A DNA stretch of 64,000 nt. Source: Candidatus Latescibacterota bacterium (lineage in GTDB: Bacteria > Latescibacterota > UBA2968). The position numbers and the translations under genes were made by a program. Positions 48,500-58,340 of the stretch are shown one piece after another. The DNA lies in assembly GCA_965205975.1 (NCBI GenBank), contig OZ242195.1, positions 352,001 to 416,000 of the forward strand, given 5' to 3'. Under the pieces are notes generated by a model that was not told where the DNA came from, did no database searches, and worked only from the letters and a program-made list of their open reading frames with translations. Within the stretch, counting starts at the first letter, position 1. Every line of letters begins with the position of its first letter.

Positions 48500-49816
48500 T
48501 TAATTTTTTATTGAACTGTTGTCGCGTTTTCGCTCACCGGCTATTTGTTCGAGCATGCGATGCACGCGGTCGAGTTGTGTAGATGTTATATTTGCCGTTT
48601 CGTAAGGATCGGAACCGATGTGAAAAAGTTCGGTTTCTTCGGGGGTTTGGCCTTCTTCGTAGATCAATTTCCAATTGCCCGTTCGCATGCCAAAGGACGA
48701 TCCTCTAAAATTCCAGAAGATAGACCGTTCTTCGGGTATAGCGATGTCGCCCGTGAGCAGGGGCCAGATGTCTTGGCCATCCCATTGGGGATCGCTGTTG
48801 GGCGTATAGTCAATGAGATTGGTCAGGGTTGGCATCCAGTCGGTTATGTGCAAGGGGTGAAAGCATTTGCCGGGTTGCAGATGAAAAGGCCAATTAATCA
48901 GGGATGGCGTGCGGATGCCGCCTTCGTAGAGTTGAGATTTTTGACCTCGCAGGGGCAAGTTGTTGCCCAGGCGCGGCATGTCTTCGTGTCGGCCCGGGTA
49001 TTTGTCCGTGTCGTGAAGGGGACCGGCAGGGATGGCACCGTTGTCCGATGAGAAGATGATGATGGTGTTTTCGCGCTGGCAGGTGCGGGCAAGGGTCTCG
49101 ACGAGTTGACCGATGGCGTGATCCATCTGGCTGGCGTACGCGGCATAGGTTTTGAATGAGCGGTCTTTGTTGTCGTCGGGGTCGTAGCGCCGGTCTGAAT
49201 AGCGGTCTATCCAGTGTTGCGGCGCTTTGATGGGGGTGTGAACAGCGGTGAAAGGAACATAGCAAAACCAGGGGGCTGTTTGCGCTTCGATCCACTGGGT
49301 GGCTTCCCGAGCGATGAGGTCGGTGACGTGGCCGCGTTCTTCAATGAGTTCGCCATTGCGGTGCCAGGTGACGCTGAATGGTCCCGATTTGTAGCGGTGG
49401 TTATACGGGTCAACGCCACCGGCAAGGCTCCCATAAGCTGTATTGAAACCAAAGTGGTTGGGGCCGTATTCGGGGGAGGATCCCAAATGCCATTTTCCAA
49501 AGAGGCCGGTTTCGTAGCCCGCATTGCGGAAGGAGGAGGCGAGTGTTTCATATCCATCTGGCAGTACAGGGGCGTTAGATGGAACGGTGGCGTGGCGTCC
49601 AAAGCGACCGGGATGACGGCCCGTCAGTAGGCAAGTGCGGGTGGGAGTACACATGGGACAGACGTAGTGCTGGTCGAGTTCGATTCCCGTGGCTGCGAGG
49701 CGGTCAATGTTGGGTGTGCGAATGTGTGAGCCGTGATAGCTGACGTCACCCCAGCCCATGTCGTCGGCGAGGATGAAGAGAATATTGGGTTTTTCAATTT
49801 TTCCAGATTTGGTCAT
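48500..49816 (-). CDS. Arylsulfatase (ArsB-like)
   Basis: PNILFILADDMGWGD, CTPTR, GKWHLG, SSDNG, YEGGIR. Confidence 0.92.
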   Translation of the reverse strand: MTKSGKIEKPNILFILADDMGWGDVSYHGSHIRTPNIDRLAATGIELDQHYVCPMCTPTRTCLLTGRHPGRFGRHATVPSNAPVLPDGYETLASSFRNAGYETGLFGKWHLGSSPEYGPNHFGFNTAYGSLAGGVDPYNHRYKSGPFSVTWHRNGELIEERGHVTDLIAREATQWIEAQTAPWFCYVPFTAVHTPIKAPQHWIDRYSDRRYDPDDNKDRSFKTYAAYASQMDHAIGQLVETLARTCQRENTIIIFSSDNGAIPAGPLHDTDKYPGRHEDMPRLGNNLPLRGQKSQLYEGGIRTPSLINWPFHLQPGKCFHPLHITDWMPTLTNLIDYTPNSDPQWDGQDIWPLLTGDIAIPEERSIFWNFRGSSFGMRTGNWKLIYEEGQTPEETELFHIGSDPYETANITSTQLDRVHRMLEQIAGERKRDNSSIKN

Positions 49817-49838
49817 GTCAGGTATCCTGTTAAATAGT

Positions 49839-50258
49839 CTATAAAATCCACTGTCTGATTTTGCCGTGTTCCCTGTGTTTTGCATACCACAATAATAGGA
49901 TTATGATTGCGATACCTGTGCCATCCCACACCACATCGGTCCAAATGCCAGTGCGGCTGGGTACAAAGGATTGATGGTATTCGTCCAATATCGCATAGAG
50001 AATCGATATCAGGACGCTCCACAATACACAGGGGGCAAATCGGTTCTTTGTCCATAGAGAACGGAAACACAGATAGGTCAAAATAGCATATTCTGCTATG
50101 TGTGCAAATTTGCGCGCCGCATGGTGTATTCGTTCACTGAAAAAGAAAAACCTTTCTGTATTCTCGAATGATAGCAGGCCACTTGAACCAATAAAAATTA
50201 AGAGTAGCCAGATAAATAGGGCGATGCGCCAATGCGTTGTTGTCATGACTTTTTCCAC
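49839..50258 (-). CDS. VanZ-like membrane protein
   Basis: RKFAHIAEYAIL, YAILDEYHQSFVPSRTG..DV. Confidence 0.9.
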   Translation of the reverse strand: MEKVMTTTHWRIALFIWLLLIFIGSSGLLSFENTERFFFFSERIHHAARKFAHIAEYAILTYLCFRSLWTKNRFAPCVLWSVLISILYAILDEYHQSFVPSRTGIWTDVVWDGTGIAIIILLLWYAKHREHGKIRQWIL

Positions 50259-50259
50259 C

Positions 50260-51000
50260 CTATTGTGCAGTTTTGAGGGCTTGTATCGCGTCGTCGGTTG
50301 CGTCTATGACGTGGGTGCCCGAGGGTACGATAAATTCAAACCATTTGTCTTTGACGTCCGGATTGATGCTCAAATTGTGAAAGGTTTGTGTGATGATCTC
50401 ATTGTCTTCGGCATCAAAAAAGCCAATCCGGCGCAACAGGCCATCTTCGGGATTGATGAGTAATTGTGCTTTGACAGGGGGGTTAGGCAGTTGTGCGTGC
50501 AAGAGATTGACTTTGATCTTTGCTTCAAAGACGCGGTGGGGGCGTTCTTCAAATATTTCGTCTGCGGTGTAGCGAATGCTCGTCCATTCCAGACCTCTAA
50601 AGGGACGCAGGGGGTCGGCCTGGTCTGCATCGGCTTCGAGGTTGGTTATGCGATAGACGCGCCCCAGGTTCACTTTGGAGACGATTTTTTCTTCGCGGTC
50701 ATAGGTCCACATCAGGCCGCCGTCAGACAAACGTTGTGAAATAATCACCTGATCTTGCACGGTGTCGAGGCGCATCAGGTTGGGGCGCTTAAAGGTTGCG
50801 CTGGCATTGAGCGTCAGTTTCTGATCCATTACGCGAATGACTGTCGTCTGTTCGGCCTTACAGGTGGCGATTTCTCTGGCATTTTTTTGAATTTCGACCA
50901 TTATTTCATCGGTTTTCCCGTCCCCTGTTGACATTTTGTTTTTATTTTCCGCGCTGACCTGAGCTGTGAGGATCAGCATTGCGACCACCCAGCGTTTCAT
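50260..51000 (-). CDS. LolA-like outer-membrane lipoprotein carrier protein
   Basis: Signal peptide; FKRPNLMR, SDG..MWTYD, F.FIVP.G..VID; AAGGAG RBS. Confidence 0.75.
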   Translation of the reverse strand: MKRWVVAMLILTAQVSAENKNKMSTGDGKTDEIMVEIQKNAREIATCKAEQTTVIRVMDQKLTLNASATFKRPNLMRLDTVQDQVIISQRLSDGGLMWTYDREEKIVSKVNLGRVYRITNLEADADQADPLRPFRGLEWTSIRYTADEIFEERPHRVFEAKIKVNLLHAQLPNPPVKAQLLINPEDGLLRRIGFFDAEDNEIITQTFHNLSINPDVKDKWFEFIVPSGTHVIDATDDAIQALKTAQ

Positions 51001-51012
51001 AACTTGCTCCTT

Positions 51013-51609
51013 ATGAGAAATTTTATTCTTCGCGCTCGCAAAGGCCCGACCACACCAGATTTTTCGCTGGATGATTTGTGCCGAGTTGGACGATTGGAGA
51101 TTGTGGCGCATTGTTTGGCTAACGCGCTTTTTTATTCTCAAAATATACGAACCAATACTACTGTACATTTCGTTTTTGATGGACCTTCGGATCCGCCGAA
51201 AACCGTGCGTTTTGAAAGCGATCATTTACCCTATTTGGGGGGATTTGATGAACGCACTTTGGCAGGAGTGGTACAAAAAGCACTATCTGTTGGCAAAGGT
51301 CTGTCATTGGGCGAAGAGCGACAGGTTGATAACGGCCTGTTTGTGGCAAAAAAGGGATTTGAACGCGTTGTGCAAGATCACACGGAATCGCTCTATGTAC
51401 TCGAGCGCAGAGGTGTTGACATCCGTGAGGTGACATTTCCCCAGGATGTGACGTTTGTTTTTTCAGACCATCTCACAATGCCAAAAAAAACGGCTAAATA
51501 TTTGCGCCGCCTCGGTGCCAAACCAATTAGCGTGGGGCCTCGGATGTTGTTTGCTTCTCAGTGTATTGTGTTGCTACACAATGAATTAGACCGGCAATAT
51601 GTTTGGTAA
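51013..51609 (+). CDS. trmY: tRNA (pseudouridine(54)-N1)-methyltransferase, SPOUT family
   Basis: MRNFILRARKGPT..DFSL.DL...GRL, NALF.S...R, FDER, FVFSDH, ISVGP..LFASQCI...HNELD. Confidence 0.85.
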   Translation: MRNFILRARKGPTTPDFSLDDLCRVGRLEIVAHCLANALFYSQNIRTNTTVHFVFDGPSDPPKTVRFESDHLPYLGGFDERTLAGVVQKALSVGKGLSLGEERQVDNGLFVAKKGFERVVQDHTESLYVLERRGVDIREVTFPQDVTFVFSDHLTMPKKTAKYLRRLGAKPISVGPRMLFASQCIVLLHNELDRQYVW

Positions 51610-51615
51610 AGTAGT

Positions 51616-52113
51616 TTACTGAAAGAGTTTGAATGTCGCGCCGATGTGTCCGGAAAATCCACTGACAACATCATTTTGATCTTCGACAAATTTAATCCTG
51701 GCAAATAGCCCGAGTTTTTCACCTATTGGAAATTTGTATCCCAATTCCCCACCTATAAAACGTTCAGAAGCACCATCGGATAGTACAAGTCCAATACTCG
51801 GCCCAAAAAACAGCTTGTGGGTTTCAAAGTCGCGCATGCCAATTGCATAATTGAGACTCGTGCCCAGAGTATGCATCATGGGGCTGGCAAAACTTATGTC
51901 GTAAAACGGCGCGAATATGAATGATCCAGGCAGGTTGACATGGACAGAGGTGTGCAGGGCAATCCCGCCAGCTGAATCAAATCGCGGGCGAATACTGTCG
52001 TTCCACATAAAGCCTCCACCCAGGTTTACGCCATCGATAAATGCCGCATCGGCAGTGCCCATATTAGAAGACAACACACATAGCGCGAGACAAAAACTTT
52101 TTAGAATCTTCAT
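51616..52113 (-). CDS. Small outer-membrane beta-barrel protein
   Basis: Signal peptide, alternating beta-strand pattern, GGAGG RBS. Confidence 0.65.
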   Translation of the reverse strand: MKILKSFCLALCVLSSNMGTADAAFIDGVNLGGGFMWNDSIRPRFDSAGGIALHTSVHVNLPGSFIFAPFYDISFASPMMHTLGTSLNYAIGMRDFETHKLFFGPSIGLVLSDGASERFIGGELGYKFPIGEKLGLFARIKFVEDQNDVVSGFSGHIGATFKLFQ

Positions 52114-52141
52114 AAAACCTCCTCTAAAGTTTGATTCCAGA

Positions 52142-53206
52142 TCACACGTATCGCTCGTCCAATGCCGCGACCACATCTTTTACGCGTTGAGAGCCATCGC
52201 GGGGTACAATAAGCAGGGCATCGCCTGTATCGACTACGATTAAATTCTCGACATCGACCAGCGCGATTATTTTGTCCTTGCCGCCATAAACTGTTGTGTT
52301 TTTCGCATTGAGCGATAGCACATTGCCATGCAGTAAATTGCCATTTTCATCTACGGGCAAGACATCAGTCAAAGCGCCCCACGCGCCAATATCGCTCCAA
52401 TCGATATCTGCTTGCAGGGTCGCAATATCTGACGCACGTTCGATAATCGCATGATCAATGGCGATGTTTTTCATCTGCGGATAGACCTCGTTAATGACAT
52501 CTGCTTCTCGTCCTTCTTTGGCAGCGGTGCCAATTTGTTCGAGCAGGATATACATCTCGGGTTCAAATTTTGCAAAAAGATCCAGCATTGTTCTGGCTTT
52601 CCACACAAACATATTGCTATTCCATAGATATTGACCGCTTTCCAGATATGTTTTTGCGGCTTCTGCATCGGGTTTTTCTGTGAATGACTCTACGGCATAA
52701 ACTGGTTCATTGTTTATCTTTGCAATCACATCGCCCTTTTGTATATATCCAAAGCCCGTGTCTGCGCGCGTTGGTTTTACACCGAGTACAAACAGGGTCT
52801 CGGGACGATCCGCCAGCGCGTCTGCTGCAACTTTGAGCAATCGACAAAATTCCTCTGGTTTGCCAATATGGTGATCAGAACCCAAACTCGCAATTGTACA
52901 TCCGGGAAAACGGGCTTCCAACAAAGCGCATTCAAGCCCCACCGCAGGCCCTGTGTTGCGAAGTGTTGGTTCTAAAATTGTATTTTCAGGAGGTAATTCG
53001 GGCAATTGCTCTCGAACGCTATGCAATAGTTTTACGCCCGTGGATACAAAAAGATCATCTATTTTAGCCAGTGAATTGAGGCGATTTACCGCCTCTTGCA
53101 ACATCGTGTATTCACCTGTTAAAGCGTGAAATTGTTTGGGCCTGTTTTGGCGACTCAAAGGCCACAGCCGCGTGCCAACACCACCCGCGCGAATTACAAA
53201 TTTCAT
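52142..53206 (-). CDS. manC: Mannose-1-phosphate guanylyltransferase
   Basis: AGG.GTRLWPLSR...PKQF, EP..RNT, SDH, GFGYI, FTEKP, WSDIG.W. Confidence 0.9.
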   Translation of the reverse strand: MKFVIRAGGVGTRLWPLSRQNRPKQFHALTGEYTMLQEAVNRLNSLAKIDDLFVSTGVKLLHSVREQLPELPPENTILEPTLRNTGPAVGLECALLEARFPGCTIASLGSDHHIGKPEEFCRLLKVAADALADRPETLFVLGVKPTRADTGFGYIQKGDVIAKINNEPVYAVESFTEKPDAEAAKTYLESGQYLWNSNMFVWKARTMLDLFAKFEPEMYILLEQIGTAAKEGREADVINEVYPQMKNIAIDHAIIERASDIATLQADIDWSDIGAWGALTDVLPVDENGNLLHGNVLSLNAKNTTVYGGKDKIIALVDVENLIVVDTGDALLIVPRDGSQRVKDVVAALDERYV

Positions 53207-53360
53207 ATTCCGTATCCAGATATTACAAAACAAAAAGTAATGTCTCTTGCCAGAGGGCACAACCGAAACCTTGCAGCAAAGGCCGTCTTTTTATATCTTT
53301 ATTCAAATACGCGCGAAATATCCTCAGGGGATTGTTTCCCCACAACAGGAGCTGACTGCT

Positions 53361-54410
53361 ATGGCACTGACTGCCACTACTTTGGAAGAGACCTATCAAC
53401 AGATGGCCGAGCGATTAGAGGGCATTGTGCCCGATATCGAATTGCGCTACAAAGCCGAATTGGCTTACGAAATTAATAAGCTTAAAAAAGAGCGCGGAGC
53501 CATTATCCTCGGGCATAATTACATGGAGCCGGCACTTTATCACTCTGTGCCAGATGTCGTGGGTGATTCGCTCGAGTTATCGCGTAAAGCCGCAGAAACC
53601 GACGCTGATCCCATTGTTTTTTGCGGCGTGCGTTTTATGGCCGAGACCGCAAAAATTCTCAACCCCGACAAAACCGTGCTCTTGCCCGCGCGCGTTGCGG
53701 GCTGTTCGCTGGCTGCGAGCATTACTGCAGAAGACGTTCGCAATCTACGCGGACAATATCCGGGCGTTCCCATTGTCACGTATATCAATACCTATGCCGA
53801 TGTCAAAGCCGAATGCGATATTTGCTGCACATCGGGGAATGCCCACAAGGTTGTTGAATCGCTTAATTCGGATACCGTTATCTTTTTGCCCGACGAATAC
53901 TTAGCCGCCAATGTGGCGCAAGAGACCGACAAACGCATTATTTTTCCCACGGTAACGGGATTTGTCGATCCCAAACCCGGTCTTGAATACGAAATGATCG
54001 GCTGGCATGGTCGGTGCGAAGTACACGAACAATTTACCGTTCAGGATATTGAAAATGTGCGCGAGCAGTTTCCAGATGTCGTTGTTCTCTCCCACCCGGA
54101 ATGCAGTCCTGAAGTGGTCGTTGCATCCGATTTTTCGGGCAGTACCTCTCGCATGGTTGATTATGTGCGCGAAATGGATGCCGAGCGCTATTTGCTGCTT
54201 ACAGAATGCAGCATGGGCGACAACATCGCTGCGGAAAACCCGGATAAGGAAATGGTTGGCCTGTGCAGCATTCGCTGTCCACATATGAACGAAATAACAC
54301 TTGAAGATACGCTCAATGCCCTTGAGTTTGACGAGCAAATCATCGAAGTGCCCGAAGACATTCGCGTACGCGCATTAAAAGCGGTGGAACGCATGCTGGA
54401 AATTGTATGA
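53361..54410 (+). CDS. nadA: Quinolinate synthase
   Basis: GHNY, GDSL.LS, FCGV.FMAETAK, GCSLA, YINT, C.VH, HPEC, SGST, CPHM. Confidence 0.95.
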   Translation: MALTATTLEETYQQMAERLEGIVPDIELRYKAELAYEINKLKKERGAIILGHNYMEPALYHSVPDVVGDSLELSRKAAETDADPIVFCGVRFMAETAKILNPDKTVLLPARVAGCSLAASITAEDVRNLRGQYPGVPIVTYINTYADVKAECDICCTSGNAHKVVESLNSDTVIFLPDEYLAANVAQETDKRIIFPTVTGFVDPKPGLEYEMIGWHGRCEVHEQFTVQDIENVREQFPDVVVLSHPECSPEVVVASDFSGSTSRMVDYVREMDAERYLLLTECSMGDNIAAENPDKEMVGLCSIRCPHMNEITLEDTLNALEFDEQIIEVPEDIRVRALKAVERMLEIV

Positions 54411-54439
54411 TCGTTCAAAAAATACAGTTACGCGATACC

Positions 54440-54467
54440 AAAGGCCCGATACATCTCGGGCCTTTTT
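54440..54467. terminator. Bidirectional intrinsic terminator
   Basis: aaaggcccga-tacatc-tcgggccttttt between convergent genes. Confidence 0.75.
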
Positions 54468-54518
54468 GCATTTTGATATTGAGTATTAGACCTGTGCGTT
54501 TTTGGTCAACGCCCCATC

Positions 54519-55850
54519 TCACTCACCATCATAAACTTCTGTTTGGAACAGGTTATTTTGAAAATCGAGGTACTGCTCTTTCGTCATCTCTGGCTTGTAA
54601 TTTGCAAGGACGGCTTTTGCTTCTGCCGCGCGGTCGTATAGTAGATCCACTGCCATCAATGCCAATGATTTGGCCGGTTCTACATATCCCATCTCTTTAT
54701 CGGAAATATGCCATTCGACGCTGTGTCCTGGTCCCGTAGCCCCCGACATATAAGGATGAATCGCGGGCATAATGCAGGATATATCGCCCATATCCGTTGA
54801 TCCAGTTCTATGGCCAACTGTACAAAACTCATCTTTTCCCAGACGCGCTCTGGCATTTTTTCCATAGAGTGCCTGCAAATCCGCATTGTTTTTTAGTGGC
54901 ATATATCCCGGTAGTGTTTCTATTTCTACTGTTGCGCCAAGTGCCATTGCACCGGCTCGCAGTGCGCGATCTACTTTTATGCTGGCATCGAGAATTGCTT
55001 CTGCTGTGCGCCCCCGAACATAAGTTTCCATACAAACTTCGTCGGGTATAACGTTGACTAACTCTCCGCCTTTGGTGATGATGGGGTGTACTCGAACCGC
55101 ATCGTGGTCCTGGAATGTTTCACGCTGTGCATTGATGGCACTCAGAGCAATTTGAGCGGCATTTAGAGCATTGATGCCCCGGTGAGGTGCGCCTCCCGCG
55201 TGTGCGGCTTTGCCCACAAACCGAATCATCTTTGCCACAAATCCATTAGATGAGGCGGAGGCCGCGGCTTTGGTCAATGAATCATCACTATGTGTATGAA
55301 TCATAACCGCCATATCGATATCATCAAAATGCCCGTGCTTGATCAATTCGGGTTTGCCGCCCAAAAAGCTGAGTTTACCAGATTTTACCAGATTTAGACG
55401 GTATTCAACCTCCACAAATTCCTCTGCTGGCACGGCAAAAAAGATGACTCGGCCCGCCAAATCGTCAATCACGCGCGCATCCACCATGCCCATCATTGCT
55501 CCCATCAATCCCGCGATCTGTGCATTGTGACCACAAGCATGTGCGGCACCTGTATCGGGATTGGCATTGGGATGGCCGGAGACCACGAGCGAGTCGAGTT
55601 CGCCAATCAGTGCAACGGTTGGGCCAGGTTCAGTTCCCTGCAATACGCCCTTTACACCTGTAATCGCCAACTCGGTTTCACATGGCACACCAAACTCATC
55701 CATTGTTTGCGATACCAGCTTTGCTGTCTCAAATTCCTTAAATCCCAACTCGGGATTCACCATAATGTGATCGCCAATGCGACAAATCTGATCTCGACGT
55801 CGATCTATGGCTTCACAAATGCGTTTCTTGAGTTCGGCTTTTGTAGGCAT
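54519..55850 (-). CDS. M20 family amidohydrolase (Acy1L2/AbgB-like)
   Basis: PELGFKE, ELD, HACGH, PAEE, GKAAHAG..P..G.NAL, GSTDMG. Confidence 0.9.
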   Translation of the reverse strand: MPTKAELKKRICEAIDRRRDQICRIGDHIMVNPELGFKEFETAKLVSQTMDEFGVPCETELAITGVKGVLQGTEPGPTVALIGELDSLVVSGHPNANPDTGAAHACGHNAQIAGLMGAMMGMVDARVIDDLAGRVIFFAVPAEEFVEVEYRLNLVKSGKLSFLGGKPELIKHGHFDDIDMAVMIHTHSDDSLTKAAASASSNGFVAKMIRFVGKAAHAGGAPHRGINALNAAQIALSAINAQRETFQDHDAVRVHPIITKGGELVNVIPDEVCMETYVRGRTAEAILDASIKVDRALRAGAMALGATVEIETLPGYMPLKNNADLQALYGKNARARLGKDEFCTVGHRTGSTDMGDISCIMPAIHPYMSGATGPGHSVEWHISDKEMGYVEPAKSLALMAVDLLYDRAAEAKAVLANYKPEMTKEQYLDFQNNLFQTEVYDGE

Positions 55851-55869
55851 ATTTTCCTCCGTTTACTTC

Positions 55870-56928
55870 TTACCTGATTTTTAGTAATAATATTAGCAAA
55901 AGAGGCGTTACAATGGCTTGTAAAAGCGTAAATCTGACCAGTACCTGTGTATTGGACCAGCCCCATTTTTGACGGACGTGATCGTGCAGGGGATAACGCA
56001 CCTGTTTGAAAATGCCGATTTTAAAAAAGCGCAATAAAGCGACTTTCAGAAGGCCTGTTGCGCCATTGACCAGCACCACTCCGGCAACTACGATAATCAA
56101 AAACGGATTGCCACACGCCAGGACCAGCATACCGAGTAATAAGCCCAGAGGACGAGATCCGGCATCACCCATCAATACGGCACTTGGATTGGCATTGTGC
56201 CACAAGTAGCCCACTAAACACCCGGTCATGACAAAAGCCATCACGGCCCAATTCGCGCCCTCTTTGTAGTGTGGCACAAGCAGGTATTGAGCGATATCCC
56301 GATGTCCCACAATGCCGTACAGTGCGCCACCTAAAAAAATAAATGCCAGCATGCACAAACTGCCCGATAGGCCATCCACGCCGTCTGTACAATTTGTGGC
56401 GTTAATAGTCATCCACAACAGGCAGGTGGCAATAGGGATATAAATCCAGGGCGGAACAATGACCGGTGTCTTAATGAGCGGCAGCCACACTTCAACCGGT
56501 GCCATCTGGCACACTACCACAGCGCCAAAAATAGAGATGATCAGATCGAATAACCCCATGCGGTATTCACTCCACTCATAGCGGTCATCGAGAAATCCCA
56601 CCACCATCGCCAAAAACAGGCATCCCAATGCGGCCAGATAGCGCGTTCCAAGCGGCACAAATAGAAATCCGACGACAATAAAAATAGAAATGAAAATAAC
56701 ACCTGCCCCTACGGGTTTGCCCTTATTTTGGGCGGCACCAACAGCATGCGCTCGCCCCTGGTCGCGCGGTAATCGGTGCCACAATTTGGGCAAAATTCTC
56801 CAGGTGAACACGCAGGCGAGCGCGGTACCTGCACCAACTAAAAATAGATGAGAAGTAAAGAGGCGAAATGGCCCATAGACGTTCAAAAGTTGCTCCCCCA
56901 GCCAGTAGAGCACAGCACAATCTCCCAT
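55870..56928 (-). CDS. mraY: Phospho-N-acetylmuramoyl-pentapeptide transferase
   Basis: GFLDD, NATNCTDGVDGL, YL.VP, MGDAGS, PLHDH. Confidence 0.85.
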   Translation of the reverse strand: MGDCAVLYWLGEQLLNVYGPFRLFTSHLFLVGAGTALACVFTWRILPKLWHRLPRDQGRAHAVGAAQNKGKPVGAGVIFISIFIVVGFLFVPLGTRYLAALGCLFLAMVVGFLDDRYEWSEYRMGLFDLIISIFGAVVVCQMAPVEVWLPLIKTPVIVPPWIYIPIATCLLWMTINATNCTDGVDGLSGSLCMLAFIFLGGALYGIVGHRDIAQYLLVPHYKEGANWAVMAFVMTGCLVGYLWHNANPSAVLMGDAGSRPLGLLLGMLVLACGNPFLIIVVAGVVLVNGATGLLKVALLRFFKIGIFKQVRYPLHDHVRQKWGWSNTQVLVRFTLLQAIVTPLLLILLLKIR

Positions 56929-57030
56929 GTGATATGATTTGAAAAACGAAACAAATCAAGACCAATGTAAGGTCTCTATGATTAAAGGGCAAGTCTGAAC
57001 TCATAGCTGGTTCCATTTGAAAGAAAAACC

Positions 57031-57059
57031 TTGACGCGAAAACAGAGACTTTCTATTTT
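57031..57059 (+). promoter_or_regulatory. sigma70-type promoter of the his leader
   Basis: TTGACG (57031-57036), 17-nt spacer, TATTTT (57054-57059); ATG follows 7 nt later. Confidence 0.65.
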
Positions 57060-57066
57060 GTGTACT

Positions 57067-57216
57067 ATGAACGCATTGATCAACAATCCGGTTATTTTTT
57101 CAAATCCAAACACAATTTTGGCCGGGGATGCGTTTGCCCATACTGCCCAGCATCATACCCATCATGCTACGTCTGCGACTTTTTGCATGATATGCTCGGC
57201 GGTGGATATGTCATAA
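57067..57216 (+). CDS. Histidine-rich leader peptide (attenuator peptide)
   Basis: 49 aa with HTAQHHTHH (5 His in 9 codons) upstream of a terminator and hisI. Confidence 0.75.
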   Translation: MNALINNPVIFSNPNTILAGDAFAHTAQHHTHHATSATFCMICSAVDMS

Positions 57217-57238
57217 CAGTTTGTCCAATGAAATGAAT

Positions 57239-57273
57239 AAGCCCGCTGTCGAGAGACAGTGGGCTTTTTTTTT
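57239..57273 (+). terminator. Attenuator terminator hairpin upstream of hisI
   Basis: aagcccgctgtc-gaga-gacagtgggc followed by a long T run, just before the hisI RBS. Confidence 0.85.
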
Positions 57274-57286
57274 ACGGAGAATGACA

Positions 57287-57715
57287 ATGTCTATTAATCG
57301 TCAACTCGAAGAAGGCACGGATATCTATCTCGATTTTGAAAAGCTACGCAAGGTTGCACAAACCGATCATCCCGTCATTCCCGTTGCTGTGCAGGATGTG
57401 GATAGCAAAGCCGTTCTCTTGATCGGCTATGTCAATGAACTTGCGCTCGAATATGCACTTGAACACCGCGTGGCAACTTTTTGGAGTACTTCGCGCAATG
57501 AACTCTGGATTAAAGGGGCTACGTCTGGCGATATGCTCGAACTGGTCGACGTGCGCATCAACTGCGAGCAAAATTCACTGCTTTATCTCGTGCGCCTCAA
57601 AGGCGATGGATCGTGCCATACAAAAGAAAATGGTCGGGCGCGGTACGGTTGTTATTACCGCAGTATCGATGATGGAAAATTGATATTTGTAAATCCTAAA
57701 ACCATACCAGAGTGA
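57287..57715 (+). CDS. hisI: Phosphoribosyl-AMP cyclohydrolase
   Basis: IPVAVQD, FWSTSR.ELWIKGATSG, NCEQNSLL, SCHT...CYYR. Confidence 0.92.
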   Translation: MSINRQLEEGTDIYLDFEKLRKVAQTDHPVIPVAVQDVDSKAVLLIGYVNELALEYALEHRVATFWSTSRNELWIKGATSGDMLELVDVRINCEQNSLLYLVRLKGDGSCHTKENGRARYGCYYRSIDDGKLIFVNPKTIPE

Positions 57716-57721
57716 TGAGTT

Positions 57722-58222
57722 ATGTCATTACAGGTCGTTACTCGAATCCGTTCAGATCAATGGCAAATTCTCAGGGATGTGCGTCTTCGCGCACTTGAAG
57801 ATGCGCCTTATGCTTTTGGTACAACGCTGGCAGAAGGTGAAAAAAGAACCGATAGAGACTGGCAGGATGTGGCGAGAGACCATGCTACTCTATCGGATCG
57901 CGCATATTTCATGGCTTATGTGGGGGGTAATCCCTGTGGGATGGCGGGGTGTTATCGCACGACATCAGATACGGTAGTGCTCACCGCGATGTGGGTTGCA
58001 CCCGAATTTCGAGAACAAAAGATCGGTGAGCAGATTGTGCGCGCTGTCATAAAATGGGCACGAGAGGGTGGGGCCACCACGCTCGAAGCCTGGGTTAGTG
58101 AAAATAATCCAGCGCGTTTCTTTTATGAAAAAATCGGATTTAAAGAGACCTGTTCAACCGAACCGCTTCGTCCAGATTCTAAAATTCAGATCATTTTGAT
58201 CAGGCGCGATATTTCACTCTGA
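57722..58222 (+). CDS. GNAT family N-acetyltransferase
   Basis: LRDVRLRAL.DAP.AF, MWVAPEFR...IG, N.PA..FYEK.GF. Confidence 0.9.
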   Translation: MSLQVVTRIRSDQWQILRDVRLRALEDAPYAFGTTLAEGEKRTDRDWQDVARDHATLSDRAYFMAYVGGNPCGMAGCYRTTSDTVVLTAMWVAPEFREQKIGEQIVRAVIKWAREGGATTLEAWVSENNPARFFYEKIGFKETCSTEPLRPDSKIQIILIRRDISL

Positions 58223-58340
58223 AATCCGGGTTGATTCACACTCTTCTCAATACTATATTGCTCATATGATAAATAGTGTACAAATGCCGCAGCAATTCAT
58301 TCGGGCAAATCAGAGCACCCGACGACAGGAGGGAGAAAAC

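Noticed and set aside
53207..53360. NAD+ (nadA motif) riboswitch upstream of nadA
   Set aside because: Only short hairpins are present and I cannot match the motif consensus; a covariance-model search would be needed
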